A stretch of DNA of 63,999 nucleotides, filler included, from Licmophora abbreviata (lineage: Eukaryota): NCBI GenBank assembly GCA_900291995.1. It is 15 parts of 15 records of this genome, joined end to end, with 100 filler letters (N's around TTAATTAATTAA, not from the genome) between each part and the next. Parts side by side here need not be neighbours in the genome. Positions count along the whole stretch, not along the records: positions 41,550 to 49,012 come from OLMU01003421.1; positions 49,113 to 54,043 come from OLMU01003422.1; positions 54,144 to 55,333 come from OLMU01003423.1; positions 55,434 to 61,112 come from OLMU01003424.1; 11 more parts are not named here. One strand, given 5' to 3'. Positions within the stretch are counted from its first letter, which is position 1. Every line of letters starts with the position of its first letter. Below, in pieces: positions 44,683 through 55,451 of the stretch. The notes under the pieces were generated by a model. It was given only the letters and a program-made list of their open reading frames with translations. It did no database searches and was not told the origin of the DNA. The translations under genes and the position numbers were made by a program.

Positions 44683-45527
44683 ATGGCGCTCGTCAATGTG
44701 GTCAACATGGTGCGTAACATATCATTCTGGCCTGACTGGTCGAAATCTGATCGACATCCGTCATTTTTGATTTTTCCTTAACTCACCGCGAGTGCATTCT
44801 CTGGTTCTGTCTTGATTCAGGGGGTCCTGGACAATCCAACCAAGTTTATGAGTCCCTTTCAATTTGAAATTACCTTTGAGTGTCTACAAGAACTGGACGA
44901 TGGTAAGTTTGGGGGGCATCAGAGTCCAAGTTCAGGACCGACTTTCAATTTTTGGTGTAACTATGTGTCTCACAATACGTGTCAAACCCCGACTCGACTC
45001 TCTGCGTCTCAGACTTGGAATGGAAGGTTCTGTATGTTGGAAGGGCCGAAGACATGAGCAAAGACTTGGTCTTGGATGAAATCTTGGTGGGGCCCGTGCC
45101 TGTCGGTGTCAATAAGTTTGTCTTGCAAGCCGATGCCCCTGACCTCGCCCAGCTACCGCGAGAAGACATATTGGGCGTCACAGTCGTCTTGGTGACCTGT
45201 TCTTACAAGGAACGCGAGTTTGTGCGTGTGGGATACTACGTCAATAATGAGTACATGGGAGAGTACGACGAAGAGACCGGGCCACCGCAACCACTGGATA
45301 TTTCCAAAGTTTCGCGAACTATTCTGCACGACAAGCCGCGTGTCACAAAGTTTCCCATTCCTTGGGGTGACGAAAACACAAATAACGAGACCCCGAACGA
45401 TGGAGACGAGGCAAAACAGTTGGAGGATGCAGCGAGTGTTACTCCAAGTCCGTCGGCGGCGGCAGCAGCTTTTGGTAGTACTGGGCGAGAGGTATTGACA
45501 GAAAAACCTCAGGCGTCGTCGGAGTGA
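44683..45527 (+). CDS. ASF1: Histone chaperone ASF1, copy 2; exons 44683-44709, 44821-44902, 45013-45527
   Basis: [46 protein letters not shown]...VGPVPVGVNKFVLQADAP...EFVRVGYYVNNEY. Confidence 0.95.
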
Positions 45528-45671
45528 ATCCATGTAGGGATGTATCGCGTTCACGCCGTTTGAAATAACAGTATCTCGTTTCCAACATAAAAAATTCTGT
45601 TCTCCGTGAAAAGAATGGACGACTTATGATTGTTGTAGCCTCTATGTCGTGGGCGTCTCCCCGTACCGGTA

Positions 45672-46164
45672 CTACGATGATTCGGCCATGGGAGTATCGG
45701 CACCTTCTTCGGTCGAAACTATGTTGACTTCTTCCCACTCGTTGTCGGCAACAGGATATACCACATGAAACTCGTCGTTGTTTTGAACCTCTACCAGTGC
45801 AGAACCATCCTCAAGCACGGCTCCATCTTTTGTCAAGAGTCGCATAGAACTAGCACTCGGCAGTGTCTTACGATCCGCCGACTGTTGCTCCTGCAAGGCT
45901 TGCTCCACTTGTTGCTTCAAGTAAAGGGCTGTATCAGATTCCTGGCAAAGAACAAAGAATGTCTGGTTTCGGCGGCGGACGCGGACGTAGCTGCATGGAG
46001 ACAGACAAGAGACCGCGGTGAGTGCGTGCGGGAGCAACGGAACAACGCACGGTACGACGCATCAGGCTCAGCAGGCTCAGGTTCACTTTTTCAAAGTCGC
46101 TCTTTCTAGCGCTTGTTTCCTTTTGACTTTCGCAGACTTACAGCTTGCGCGAAGACGACGCCAT
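45672..46164 (-). CDS. Ubiquitin-like protein, Elongin B-like; intron 46141-45991
   Basis: Spliced MASSSRKLYVRVRRRNQTFFVLCQESDT..LKQQV...MRLL..VLED. Confidence 0.65.
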
Positions 46165-46450
46165 GGTTGTGGGATCTAGTAAGCAAAGGCGTGGCGGTGC
46201 CGGTCAATGGATCAGCGTCTTCATGAGATGCCAAGCCACGCGATGGCTTTTTCACACATTTCTTTTTGGTTTCGTCCAAAATGGAAAATTGAGACGAAAT
46301 CTGAAAGTTTGCATTCTCAGTTTTGATCTCATAAAGACGCAACCGAGCCGTCGCCATGATATGACCGCACCCGCGTTGCGGACTTCCAGTGCTCTCTCTA
46401 GCTAGTCTAGTCTAGTCTTTGGTCCCTTCACCACTCTCACCCACTCCACC

Positions 46451-47811
46451 ATGCGACGTAGTGTCTCATCAGTCCCCCCGAAATCGGGAAATAGCTCTAC
46501 CAGCGGTGCTCTTTCCAGCAGCAGCCATCACCGGCGTACTAGTGACAGTGCGTTCAAGCGGAGACGACGAAGACGACAGCCAAGAAGTTCCACGCCCTTG
46601 ACCGTCATTCGCGTGCTTCTTCAGATTGTTGCAGTTCTCTCGATACTTGATTTCTTTTTGTGGAAACGAAAACGCCTTGAACATTCATCGGAGACTGCGA
46701 GCAACGTGCGTGGTGGTGTCATCCGCAATGACTCAATGACTCGCCGTGTCGCGGAGGCTCCTGTGGAAGAGGAGCATGCGAACGAAGATGTCGACTTTGA
46801 CAAGGATCCCATCTATCACATTCTAGAGCAGGCTGACGTTCATAAGGAAGATCTTGACTATGAAACGAGGCGAAAGTTGCCGACCTGGTCCACCATCAAG
46901 CGCTTGTACGGGGACTCACCGCGTATCTACGGTCTCGATACATGTGAGAGGTTTAGGGACAGTGTCGATCCGACGTTGAAATTCTATGGAATTTCTGGAA
47001 CATTTAACAGTGGAACAAACCTCTTGGCTGCACTGCTGATTCAGAATTGTCAGATCACGGAGCGAATGGAAGCGTTTGGCGAAAAGCAAAAGGGCATGAG
47101 ATGGCAAGGTGCGTTGAAAGGAGCGAGACCTGCGTGACACTGGTGCAATACATCGGAACACTCAAACTTGTCTGTATCATAACCTCAGTCCCGTGGGGGA
47201 AGCATACTCCGGCGCACCTCCGCGAAAGCCACGTGACAGATACGGACAAAGACGTGCCGTTGGAAAACAGTTTGCCCATGATAGCGATACGAGATCCGTT
47301 CGTCTGGCTACAAAGCATGTGTCGTCATCCTTACGAGGCCTTTTGGTCACACACGGACAAGCTTTGTCCCAATCTTCTGAAGGGAGACGGGCTAAATCCT
47401 GTTCATGTGAACTACAGACATACCCAGACAAGACACAGGTCGCTCCCACACATGTGGAACGAATGGTATCGGGAGTACATGGAGGTCGAGTACCCCCGCA
47501 TAATCGTTCGATTCGAAGACTTGCTGTTTCATGGACAGAATGTGACAGAAACGTTGTGCGCTTGCGGTGGCGGCGTCCCTCGACGCAGCAAGTTTCGTCA
47601 CATTTTCAATAGTGCCAAACTGGGTAAGGCACAACATGGGACAGACAAGACAGGCTTAGTCGATGCCTTGATTCGATATGGCACTGACGAGGATCGACTC
47701 AAGGGCATGTCCAAGCAGGAAATTGAGACGGCGAATGAACTATTTGACGATGAACTGATGGAACTATTCAACTACTACTACGCGCCAGTACCAGAAACCG
47801 GGCCTGCGTAG
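46451..47811 (+). CDS. Type II membrane sulfotransferase-like protein (VPWGKH family); intron 47109-47188
   Basis: N-terminal TM; LPTWSTI..LYG.SPRIYGLDTC; GTFNSGTNLL; WQVPWGKH; IRDPFVWLQSMCRHPY; VRFEDLLFH. Confidence 0.78.
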
Positions 47812-47864
47812 ATTGACAGTGATAGTGCCATGACACCATAAGACCCTACTATTCTCTCGGCCCA

Positions 47865-48743
47865 CTAGTAGCTAGTTGAGCCCCAACCCCGCTTCATCTT
47901 GCTAGACACAGCAGACCTTTTCTGCGATGATCTTCGACCGATACGATGTGCCTGTTCCGAATTCCTGGAATCAGATGCAACTCCCCGTGCTTCTTCCAGT
48001 TCGATTCGTAACGCGTCGACCGTTTCTGATTGCAGGATCAACGCCTTTTCAAGCGTCTTGATAGCATCCTCGCGTTGCTGGAGCTTCAACTCGGATTCTT
48101 CAATCTCCTTTTGGTGTTGTCGCTGCATCTCTGCCATTTGATCCATGAGCTCATCCTCCAAAACTGTTCTCTCGCGAACTTTCCTCAATCGCAACGATGA
48201 CACGCGTCTCATCATGCTTCTTCTATCGGAGGATGAAGAGGACAACGTTGACATCGACGATGACGTTGCTGTCAAGACCGTACGACTATCATCTTTGCTA
48301 ACTCTGCTGCAGGAAGATCCCTTTCCACTGAGCTGTCGCAGTCGACCGCGTCGCTGTCTCCGGGATGGGTTCTGTGATACTGACTGTTCCTCTAAAGAAG
48401 AACAAGAATTTGTTGAGCTATCGTCGCCCCAGGCGACCATCAGCTCTGCGTGTGTCGTGTTGGTGTCGAGCTCCGTCTTCTTAGTACGACCATCGAGACT
48501 CTTACTTCGTCTCCTATCATTTTCCTCCTGAGCAGACGAGACGTGAAGAAGCTTCTCCAGTTTCTGTTCCAAACCTTGGATTCGAGTCTCGCTGGCGGCG
48601 TTCACTTCGTATAAACGCTCGCATTCCTCCCAACTGTTCCGGATTGCGTGCTGCGTCGAGCTTTTCAGCTCATCAAGCTGCCTGCTCAAGTCCACGGGGC
48701 TCATCGATCCTGATATATGTGCGTTATCTCCTGGGCGCTCCAT
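47865..48743 (-). CDS. Hypothetical coiled-coil, Ser-rich protein
   Basis: 292-aa ORF with two heptad-like regions. Confidence 0.6.
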   Translation of the reverse strand: MERPGDNAHISGSMSPVDLSRQLDELKSSTQHAIRNSWEECERLYEVNAASETRIQGLEQKLEKLLHVSSAQEENDRRRSKSLDGRTKKTELDTNTTHAELMVAWGDDSSTNSCSSLEEQSVSQNPSRRQRRGRLRQLSGKGSSCSRVSKDDSRTVLTATSSSMSTLSSSSSDRRSMMRRVSSLRLRKVRERTVLEDELMDQMAEMQRQHQKEIEESELKLQQREDAIKTLEKALILQSETVDALRIELEEARGVASDSRNSEQAHRIGRRSSQKRSAVSSKMKRGWGSTSY

Positions 48744-49186
48744 GGTGGTCTATCTCATGATAAAGTCCATTTTCGGGGACTGTTACGCAGCGACCGACTT
48801 TTTCATCCGAGACGAGTTTTTGTTTGGCAGTTGGCAGGACCACATTCACACTTTCTTTTATCAATAATGACCTATCTCGTATTGTACATACTACGGATAC
48901 GAGGAAAGTTGGTCGGAATGACCGGAACTGACATTGTAGCAGTCATGCTTCCGAGGGCTTTTTACTTTTTACGAGAATTACGGCTGCATGTCGTTTTGTC
49001 GGTGACTTATTGNNNNNNNNNNNNNNNNNNNNNNNNNNNNNNNNNNNNNNNNNNNNTTAATTAATTAANNNNNNNNNNNNNNNNNNNNNNNNNNNNNNNN
49101 NNNNNNNNNNNNACCAGCCTACGTCTCAAAGTTATCGTCTACTAGCTGGTACGAACGAATTTGCAAGCCGACGCAAACACTACGAC

Positions 49187-51283
49187 TCACAGCGAGTTGG
49201 ATACCCGCCTATCTTCCTGCGACTCGACCCCTAAGGTGATGCCTCGACCCTCAAAGGGAGTCCATTGACCGGTTCTGTGCATACTTGAAAACACATGATT
49301 GCCCACCACTCGTCCATTTTCCAAGACAGTCGACCCAAATATGTGAATGAAGATCCCGTCGCCTGTTTCACCAACGTCCGAAAGACGCTTGCACGCGAGC
49401 GCAAGAGCAGCTAGGTACACGGCGAGTCGCAGAAGTAGCACTATGCACACCAGAGTCAAACCAAACCACGAGTTTGTGCTCCACAGAGTCCTTGTCACAA
49501 TCCAGCTCGCAAACGTCATAGCGTCGCATAATACACACAAGACGCAAGATACCACAAATCCTCGCAACAATATCCCCAACAAATGCTTTTCTGGACCATT
49601 GTGTCGCACGTTCGAAGTTGTCGTTTTGAAAAACATCGCGTTCATCCTCATACACGAGTAGAAAAAGTACCAACACAACAGCGGTGATAGAAACAGACTG
49701 CCAAGCATGTCCATAGTTAGGACGCTCAGAGCCATGACCAGTATCATGGCATAGTGAACATGGACAAAGAGCCTGTGAAGCGCTTGATCGCGATTTCGCT
49801 TGTGCCGTTGTGCATCGAATCGCCCAGGCGCATCGAGCGACACTTCTTCGTCTTCTGTCATCAGATTGCTGCCGATAGCTTGTAGCTCCTCGTCTCCATC
49901 TTCGTTTTGTTGTCGTCGCACAGGCAGTATGGACCGCACTCGCCACAGCACCACCAAATGTACAGCCGGAATCAACACACACGGCTGCACGTACTCAATC
50001 GGAAGCGCATTCCAGTGCAACAAGAAGCCGGCGATGATCCCTGCGAGGTGTCCCAAGAAAGAAACGCGGGGCATGATCATTTGGGCTACTACCAGCTGTA
50101 TCAGAGGCGATACATTGAACTTGAATCTCCACCAGCTGTATGTATCGAAACACATGTCAGGCAAAAAGAAGACAGGGCAGGTTGATGCTCGTTCCAGCGA
50201 AGCAATGACCATCCAGGCAAAGAGCACTCCCGAGTACCCGACAGTGTTGGAAGGGGTTGGAGCGGTAAAAGAGGCTGCCGTGCTATTTGCTTCTTGCTGT
50301 CGTCGCTGTTGGAGATACCATGCAATCATCAAGAATAGCGTCGTAATTACAACCAGCGATAGGTTGTAAAACAAAAAGACGATGCTTCCATAAAATTCCT
50401 CCAGTTCTGTTCCAAGCGAGAGCAGAGCCATCATGTTGAACCCAAGATGTATTGGTTCAAAGTGTGCAAACGCGCCCGAGAAGGCACGGTAGAGTTCAAA
50501 ATGGTTGAGTATTCGGTCATAGTTCTTTGCGACACTGGCTGGATTTACCCGCCGATTCCAATAGAAGAACGCAAGTACAATGTTGACTGTCATGAGTAGT
50601 GTTGTTGCGGGACGCCGCACAACGTGTTCGAGGTTTCGGTTCTGTCGCGATTTTTTGTTGGGATTGCGGCGAATGCCGTCTTGTTTAGCTCCGTTCGCAG
50701 CGCCCGCTTGCTGGACTTCTGCAGGAGGGCCCATGTAAGAGACTGACACCGACAAAGATCTACTATTTTGGATGCTTTCACGATCATAAGTCCAGACACC
50801 GCTGAGAGGAACTGTCGCACCCACAGAAGTAGAAGTAGTCCCCTCGTTTCTTTCTGAACACAGGTGGCCAGCACCCCTGTTGTCATCTTGCCGCAGCAAG
50901 CACCATCGTTTCTCGCTACTGTCATACGAAATTTTGGAAGGAACTGCCACATTGGATCCGCCGACAGTGCTGGACAGGACCGTCGCCAGTAAGCTGGAGA
51001 CACGCGCCACGGAGGGCCATGCCGTTGTCGACGACTCCGACGAGACCTGCAGGTAGTCTCCCGAAAACGCGTCCGGGCGGTAGATTCCATGCCACTGGGG
51101 GGATGGACTTGCTTTCAATGAGACACCCCTAGGATTCAAGGGACTGCTTTCGACTGTATCGTGTCCGCCGACAAAGACAAGCCGAGATCGTTGGGTGACA
51201 TTGTACAAGTGCAGGAAGGAGAGCAGCGCGGGCAAAACGACGATAGAGAAGACCAATTTCGAGAGTGCCTGCCACCAGAGCAT
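49187..51283 (-). CDS. Rhomboid-family intramembrane serine protease (RHBDL4/RHBDD1-like) with extra TM segments
   Basis: HFEPIHLGFNM, catalytic GYSGVLF, SFLGHLAG; additional TM helices at the C-terminus. Confidence 0.85.
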   Translation of the reverse strand: MLWWQALSKLVFSIVVLPALLSFLHLYNVTQRSRLVFVGGHDTVESSPLNPRGVSLKASPSPQWHGIYRPDAFSGDYLQVSSESSTTAWPSVARVSSLLATVLSSTVGGSNVAVPSKISYDSSEKRWCLLRQDDNRGAGHLCSERNEGTTSTSVGATVPLSGVWTYDRESIQNSRSLSVSVSYMGPPAEVQQAGAANGAKQDGIRRNPNKKSRQNRNLEHVVRRPATTLLMTVNIVLAFFYWNRRVNPASVAKNYDRILNHFELYRAFSGAFAHFEPIHLGFNMMALLSLGTELEEFYGSIVFLFYNLSLVVITTLFLMIAWYLQQRRQQEANSTAASFTAPTPSNTVGYSGVLFAWMVIASLERASTCPVFFLPDMCFDTYSWWRFKFNVSPLIQLVVAQMIMPRVSFLGHLAGIIAGFLLHWNALPIEYVQPCVLIPAVHLVVLWRVRSILPVRRQQNEDGDEELQAIGSNLMTEDEEVSLDAPGRFDAQRHKRNRDQALHRLFVHVHYAMILVMALSVLTMDMLGSLFLSPLLCWYFFYSCMRMNAMFFKTTTSNVRHNGPEKHLLGILLRGFVVSCVLCVLCDAMTFASWIVTRTLWSTNSWFGLTLVCIVLLLRLAVYLAALALACKRLSDVGETGDGIFIHIFGSTVLENGRVVGNHVFSSMHRTGQWTPFEGRGITLGVESQEDRRVSNSL

Positions 51284-52239
51284 TTCTCACTAAAAAGAAA
51301 CTTCTGTTAACGCCACGAGAGAGGGATGAAACATACGAATAGAAAGGATGAAAAGAGAACACAGGACAGCAGTAAAGTAAAAGTGATGATGGTGTTGCCG
51401 CGACCAGCAATTGTTGTCTCCATCGATCCGTGTTCATGTCGCAGTGACATCATCATCATCATCATCGATCGACTTCTTCGATCAAAGAAGATGAAAGACA
51501 CAAAGACACGACACTCTGAACTCTGACAATCGCGCCTGCATCGCCCAACACTACACGCGTGACTGCCTCTCATCTAAAACCCACCCACAATCTTTCGACA
51601 TACTCGTACCTGTGGTATCATGCATACTTTGCACCCCAGGTCGCAGCAGGAGTAATGTGCTTGTATTCAAAGTCTAGCTAGCAGGCGATACTTGCGCTGG
51701 TGTCCTGTTTATTGCTTCTACTCTAGCCTCACTTTTTCCATCATGATGACTGCCGACGACGAAGATCAACGGGAGCATCCCTCAAGCTCTAGTTGCACAA
51801 TGTTTGACCGCCTGTTTCTCTTGCTCTGCGGCGTCGCTGCTGCCGTGTATCTGAGTCGAGCATTATCGCATTTGTATTCTCACTTCCACCATAGCGACGA
51901 GATCGCATCAATACTGAATGGGACTCTGAGGGGTTAGGAAGTTTGGAATCGGTGATTTCTCGCAGACTTCGAAGATACCCGAAGCTTCCGACGACCTTCT
52001 GTCGACGGAGTGCGTAGTACGTAGCAGGTGCGCACATGATCATATTGGTGTGGAGGCGTTCTCTGATTGAGATTTCGGTCCTGGCACAGTCTACTGCGTT
52101 ACAACAACGTTTCATCTTGCATTCACGATTTTACATAGAGTCGAAACGACGCTGCTCACGGTTACAGCAGTTCTTGCACACCACTAAACCCTCGAACTAC
52201 TGGTTACCTAGCTCTCTGGGATTGAGTCTTATAACACCA

Positions 52240-53735
52240 TCATTGCTCCGGAGGATGCGAATATCCAAACGTTGTCATCAAGTCACCATCCAAAAGTTCC
52301 TTCGACGTCTCGTAGTCCAATTGGGTAAAGCCCGCCTTGACCTCCGGTCGCTTGCCATAGTGAATCCACGCCTTCACCATGCCGGTTCTCTCACTCACTT
52401 TACCATGCCCAGGGCCATCCTTGGCACTGTCCACAATGTACTTGAAGTTGCCATCTTCGCTGTACATTTTGCCGCCCGCGCATTCGCAAATCGAGCGAGT
52501 CATTTCCTTGGAGTGAAAGATCAGATCCTCAAAACGCACCATGATAATGGGATACTGCGTTTCTCGAAAATAATCATTGTACCAGTCGTTCCAGAGATGC
52601 AGTAGTGATGAGTGATTCTCTTGTCGACCCGAATACGATAGGTGCAGTGAGACGAAATGTTTCGTTTCGAAATCTCGCAAGTGCGGACAATACCGATTGT
52701 GAGACCAGCGTGCCGTGTAGCCATTCCTACACATGCTCTTCATCCATTCGTATGGATTTCGAATGGTGACGATTGGCAACACACTCTCTTTGTCAATGTC
52801 TCGAGCCTTTTCTGTGGCATGCTCCCACTTGTAGTGTCCTGGAGTATGCTTGCCTGCGAGTGAAAGAGTTTTGACAGTGCATGGTTGGCACCTGGTGTAA
52901 GAAGAACTGATCTTGATTGATTCGCACAACAGAAGACGATTGATTCTACTTACCCCACGGGACTGTTACGAGATTGAGAGCGAATAGAACGTGAGCATGG
53001 GTTAGAGTTGGGTTGCGTCGAACCCAGTCAATCACACTTCCTTCATGTACCTTGCCATCGTATTCCATGGGCCTCTCGAGTAGCGTTCATGCCGTACTCG
53101 TCAACTCGCTCGGGGATCTTGCAGTTGTTCTTCAGGAGTTGAGTCATAAGATTTGTACCACTGTTAAACATACCGGCCGCTCCCAGATTGCGTTCCACCG
53201 CCGGTACGCCTTGTCGAAAGGCTTCGCACTGATCGAGTCCATATATCTTGGGTTTCGCTCCAAACAGCTCGACAATATCGTCCCACGTCGGCATCTCCTG
53301 CAACACCTCCTCATCCAGCTCGACTCCAGCTTCGGCAAAGATGTCCAGAATTCGGTTGCTACTGCTGTCGCCTGAGTGCCCTTGCGTACTATTTTGTAGC
53401 AGGACGGGTCGACCATTCATATCGAACCAGTCGGCATGATCCTCACCATCGGGGTGCATGTGCCGTTGACTCCCGGTGGCCTCCAACGCGGAGGTAACAA
53501 CACGTCTGCCCGATCCTGACGTAGGATGCCTCCGATGCCGTATTCTACTTCGTGAGAGTCGCTCTTCGTCGTCGTCGTTCGTGGGCCACAAAAAGTACAC
53601 ATTGGCCAGCAAGGTAAGGACTGCGAGGATGAACAGAGAGAGCCGAAGCAGTTTGGTCGAACTGGCGCTGCTCGAAGTCTGTTTCGATACATTAGCGCGA
53701 GGTCGTCGTCGGGGGTGCTTTGCAGATACTCTCAT
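52240..53735 (-). CDS. Type II membrane sulfotransferase-like protein (VPWGKH family); exons 53735-53051, 52962-52954 (9-nt microexon), 52853-52240
   Basis: GMFNSGTNLM; spliced WQ-VPW-GKH; IRNPYEWMKSMCRNGY; VRFEDLIFH; DSAKDGPGHG. Confidence 0.8.
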
Positions 53736-54143
53736 GGTACTATGAACCAGACTGACGAAACAAAGCGAGAGAGATCGACTCAATGACAGGCATCACATGG
53801 TCACATTGTGAACATGCCTGCGTCTCACGTCCGTGCCAACAAATGACCACGAGGTCTCACGTGCCCGTGACTGGAAATGAATGAGATGCAGAGCTCGCAG
53901 ATGGGATGTCTCTTGCGGTGTGATCAGCTTGGGTCTGTCGGGGACGTCTCTATGCTACAATGCATCATACTGCGAAGGAAGCCGTCTATCAAAAGGGTAT
54001 CACATCGTAGAAGGGAAAGGATGCAGCTTCGCCATGGACTGGTNNNNNNNNNNNNNNNNNNNNNNNNNNNNNNNNNNNNNNNNNNNNTTAATTAATTAAN
54101 NNNNNNNNNNNNNNNNNNNNNNNNNNNNNNNNNNNNNNNNNNN

Positions 54144-54760
54144 GCGGTGATCTTTTCCGTGTCGACAGTGTCATCCAGTCGGAAGCTCTTAGAGAACTTG
54201 TTAGCACGCGAGTTTGCATCTGTACCCATGACGCGCTCACCCGAGACAGTGAGAATCGTCTCCCTGCCTCCGTCCTCCACACGAATGTCAATATCCGACG
54301 CCTCTACGCCGGGAACATCCAACGATACCTCAAACGCTTCGTCGTTGCTTCGGTTCTCATATCCCGGCGACGAAAATCCAGTGGCAGCCTCAGTCGCAAT
54401 ACCAACAGCTCGGTTTAACCACTCCTGCTGCTGTTGTTGACGAGACTCCTCGGCGGACTCTTGCGCTTCCTCCGACGATAGTCCGGCAGCCACGTCGGCC
54501 GCCAGGCCAAACGCACGATTGATCCACTCTTTCTGCTGTCGGATCCGTTCCTCATTCATGGAAGGCCCCTCCACGCGACGATCGTTCATCTCGGAACGAA
54601 GATTCTCAAAAGCATCCTTGACTTCTTGCCTGCGACCGCCCCGTGGCGGAGGAGAGGTGCACGCCGTAGGCGGCACGACGACACGACCGTGCCCAAAAGG
54701 ACCGCCCATGCCGTATCCGGCGACCAGCGCTGGAAGAGTAGCAGCGGCGATAATCTTCAT
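54144..54760 (-). CDS. Small heat-shock protein (Hsp20/alpha-crystallin) with N-terminal signal peptide; 3' end truncated by a gap
   Basis: FEVSLDVPGVEASDIDIRVE..LTVSGER..KFSKSFRLDDTVDTEKIT. Confidence 0.85.
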
Positions 54761-55451
54761 TCTTGATAAGGGTGTCTGAAGTGTCAGTGAGGGGGCTGAT
54801 TCTTCTGATTGTGCGCTCATTGGAGAGATACACAGTGATGCCTCACACCCGAGAAACGACACGTGTCAAAACTGCTTCGGTCGTGACACCGGGATTGCCT
54901 TCCAGGAAGTTCGCTGCGAGTCAAGTTTTCTTCGGATAGGATCATGTTACGTGGAACTCGGGTGGATTGATCAACACCTCTGCCGGGAGGGAATGGCCTT
55001 GATAGCCTTGATCGCCATGCACGCCGTACCGCACACTGACGTGCCAACTGACGCTGCGTTCTCGTCGTTTGTTTTAGCAAACATCGTTGTCTGTTTCACC
55101 GCGTCACCCCTATACATTTGCAGCCTCGGCAATAAAGAACCCAAGATCTGCGTTGTGGTCAAGGAATCAGCACAAGGACGGAAGGGCGCGACAAGAAACC
55201 AAACAGTGATGATGTTCTGTGCTTGGCGCCGCCATGGCCAAATGAATGTCGGTACAGAACTGTCGAAATCTCCAAAATATCTTCCGAATTGACAATTATA
55301 CTTTGACAAAAACCAAAACTGTCCAAAGTCCCCNNNNNNNNNNNNNNNNNNNNNNNNNNNNNNNNNNNNNNNNNNNNTTAATTAATTAANNNNNNNNNNN
55401 NNNNNNNNNNNNNNNNNNNNNNNNNNNNNNNNNCTTTTGGTTTCATCGACC

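Noticed and set aside
51742..51937. Small TM-containing ORF MMTADDEDQ...
   Set aside because: Too short and no homology evidence; it could be real but cannot be supported from the sequence alone
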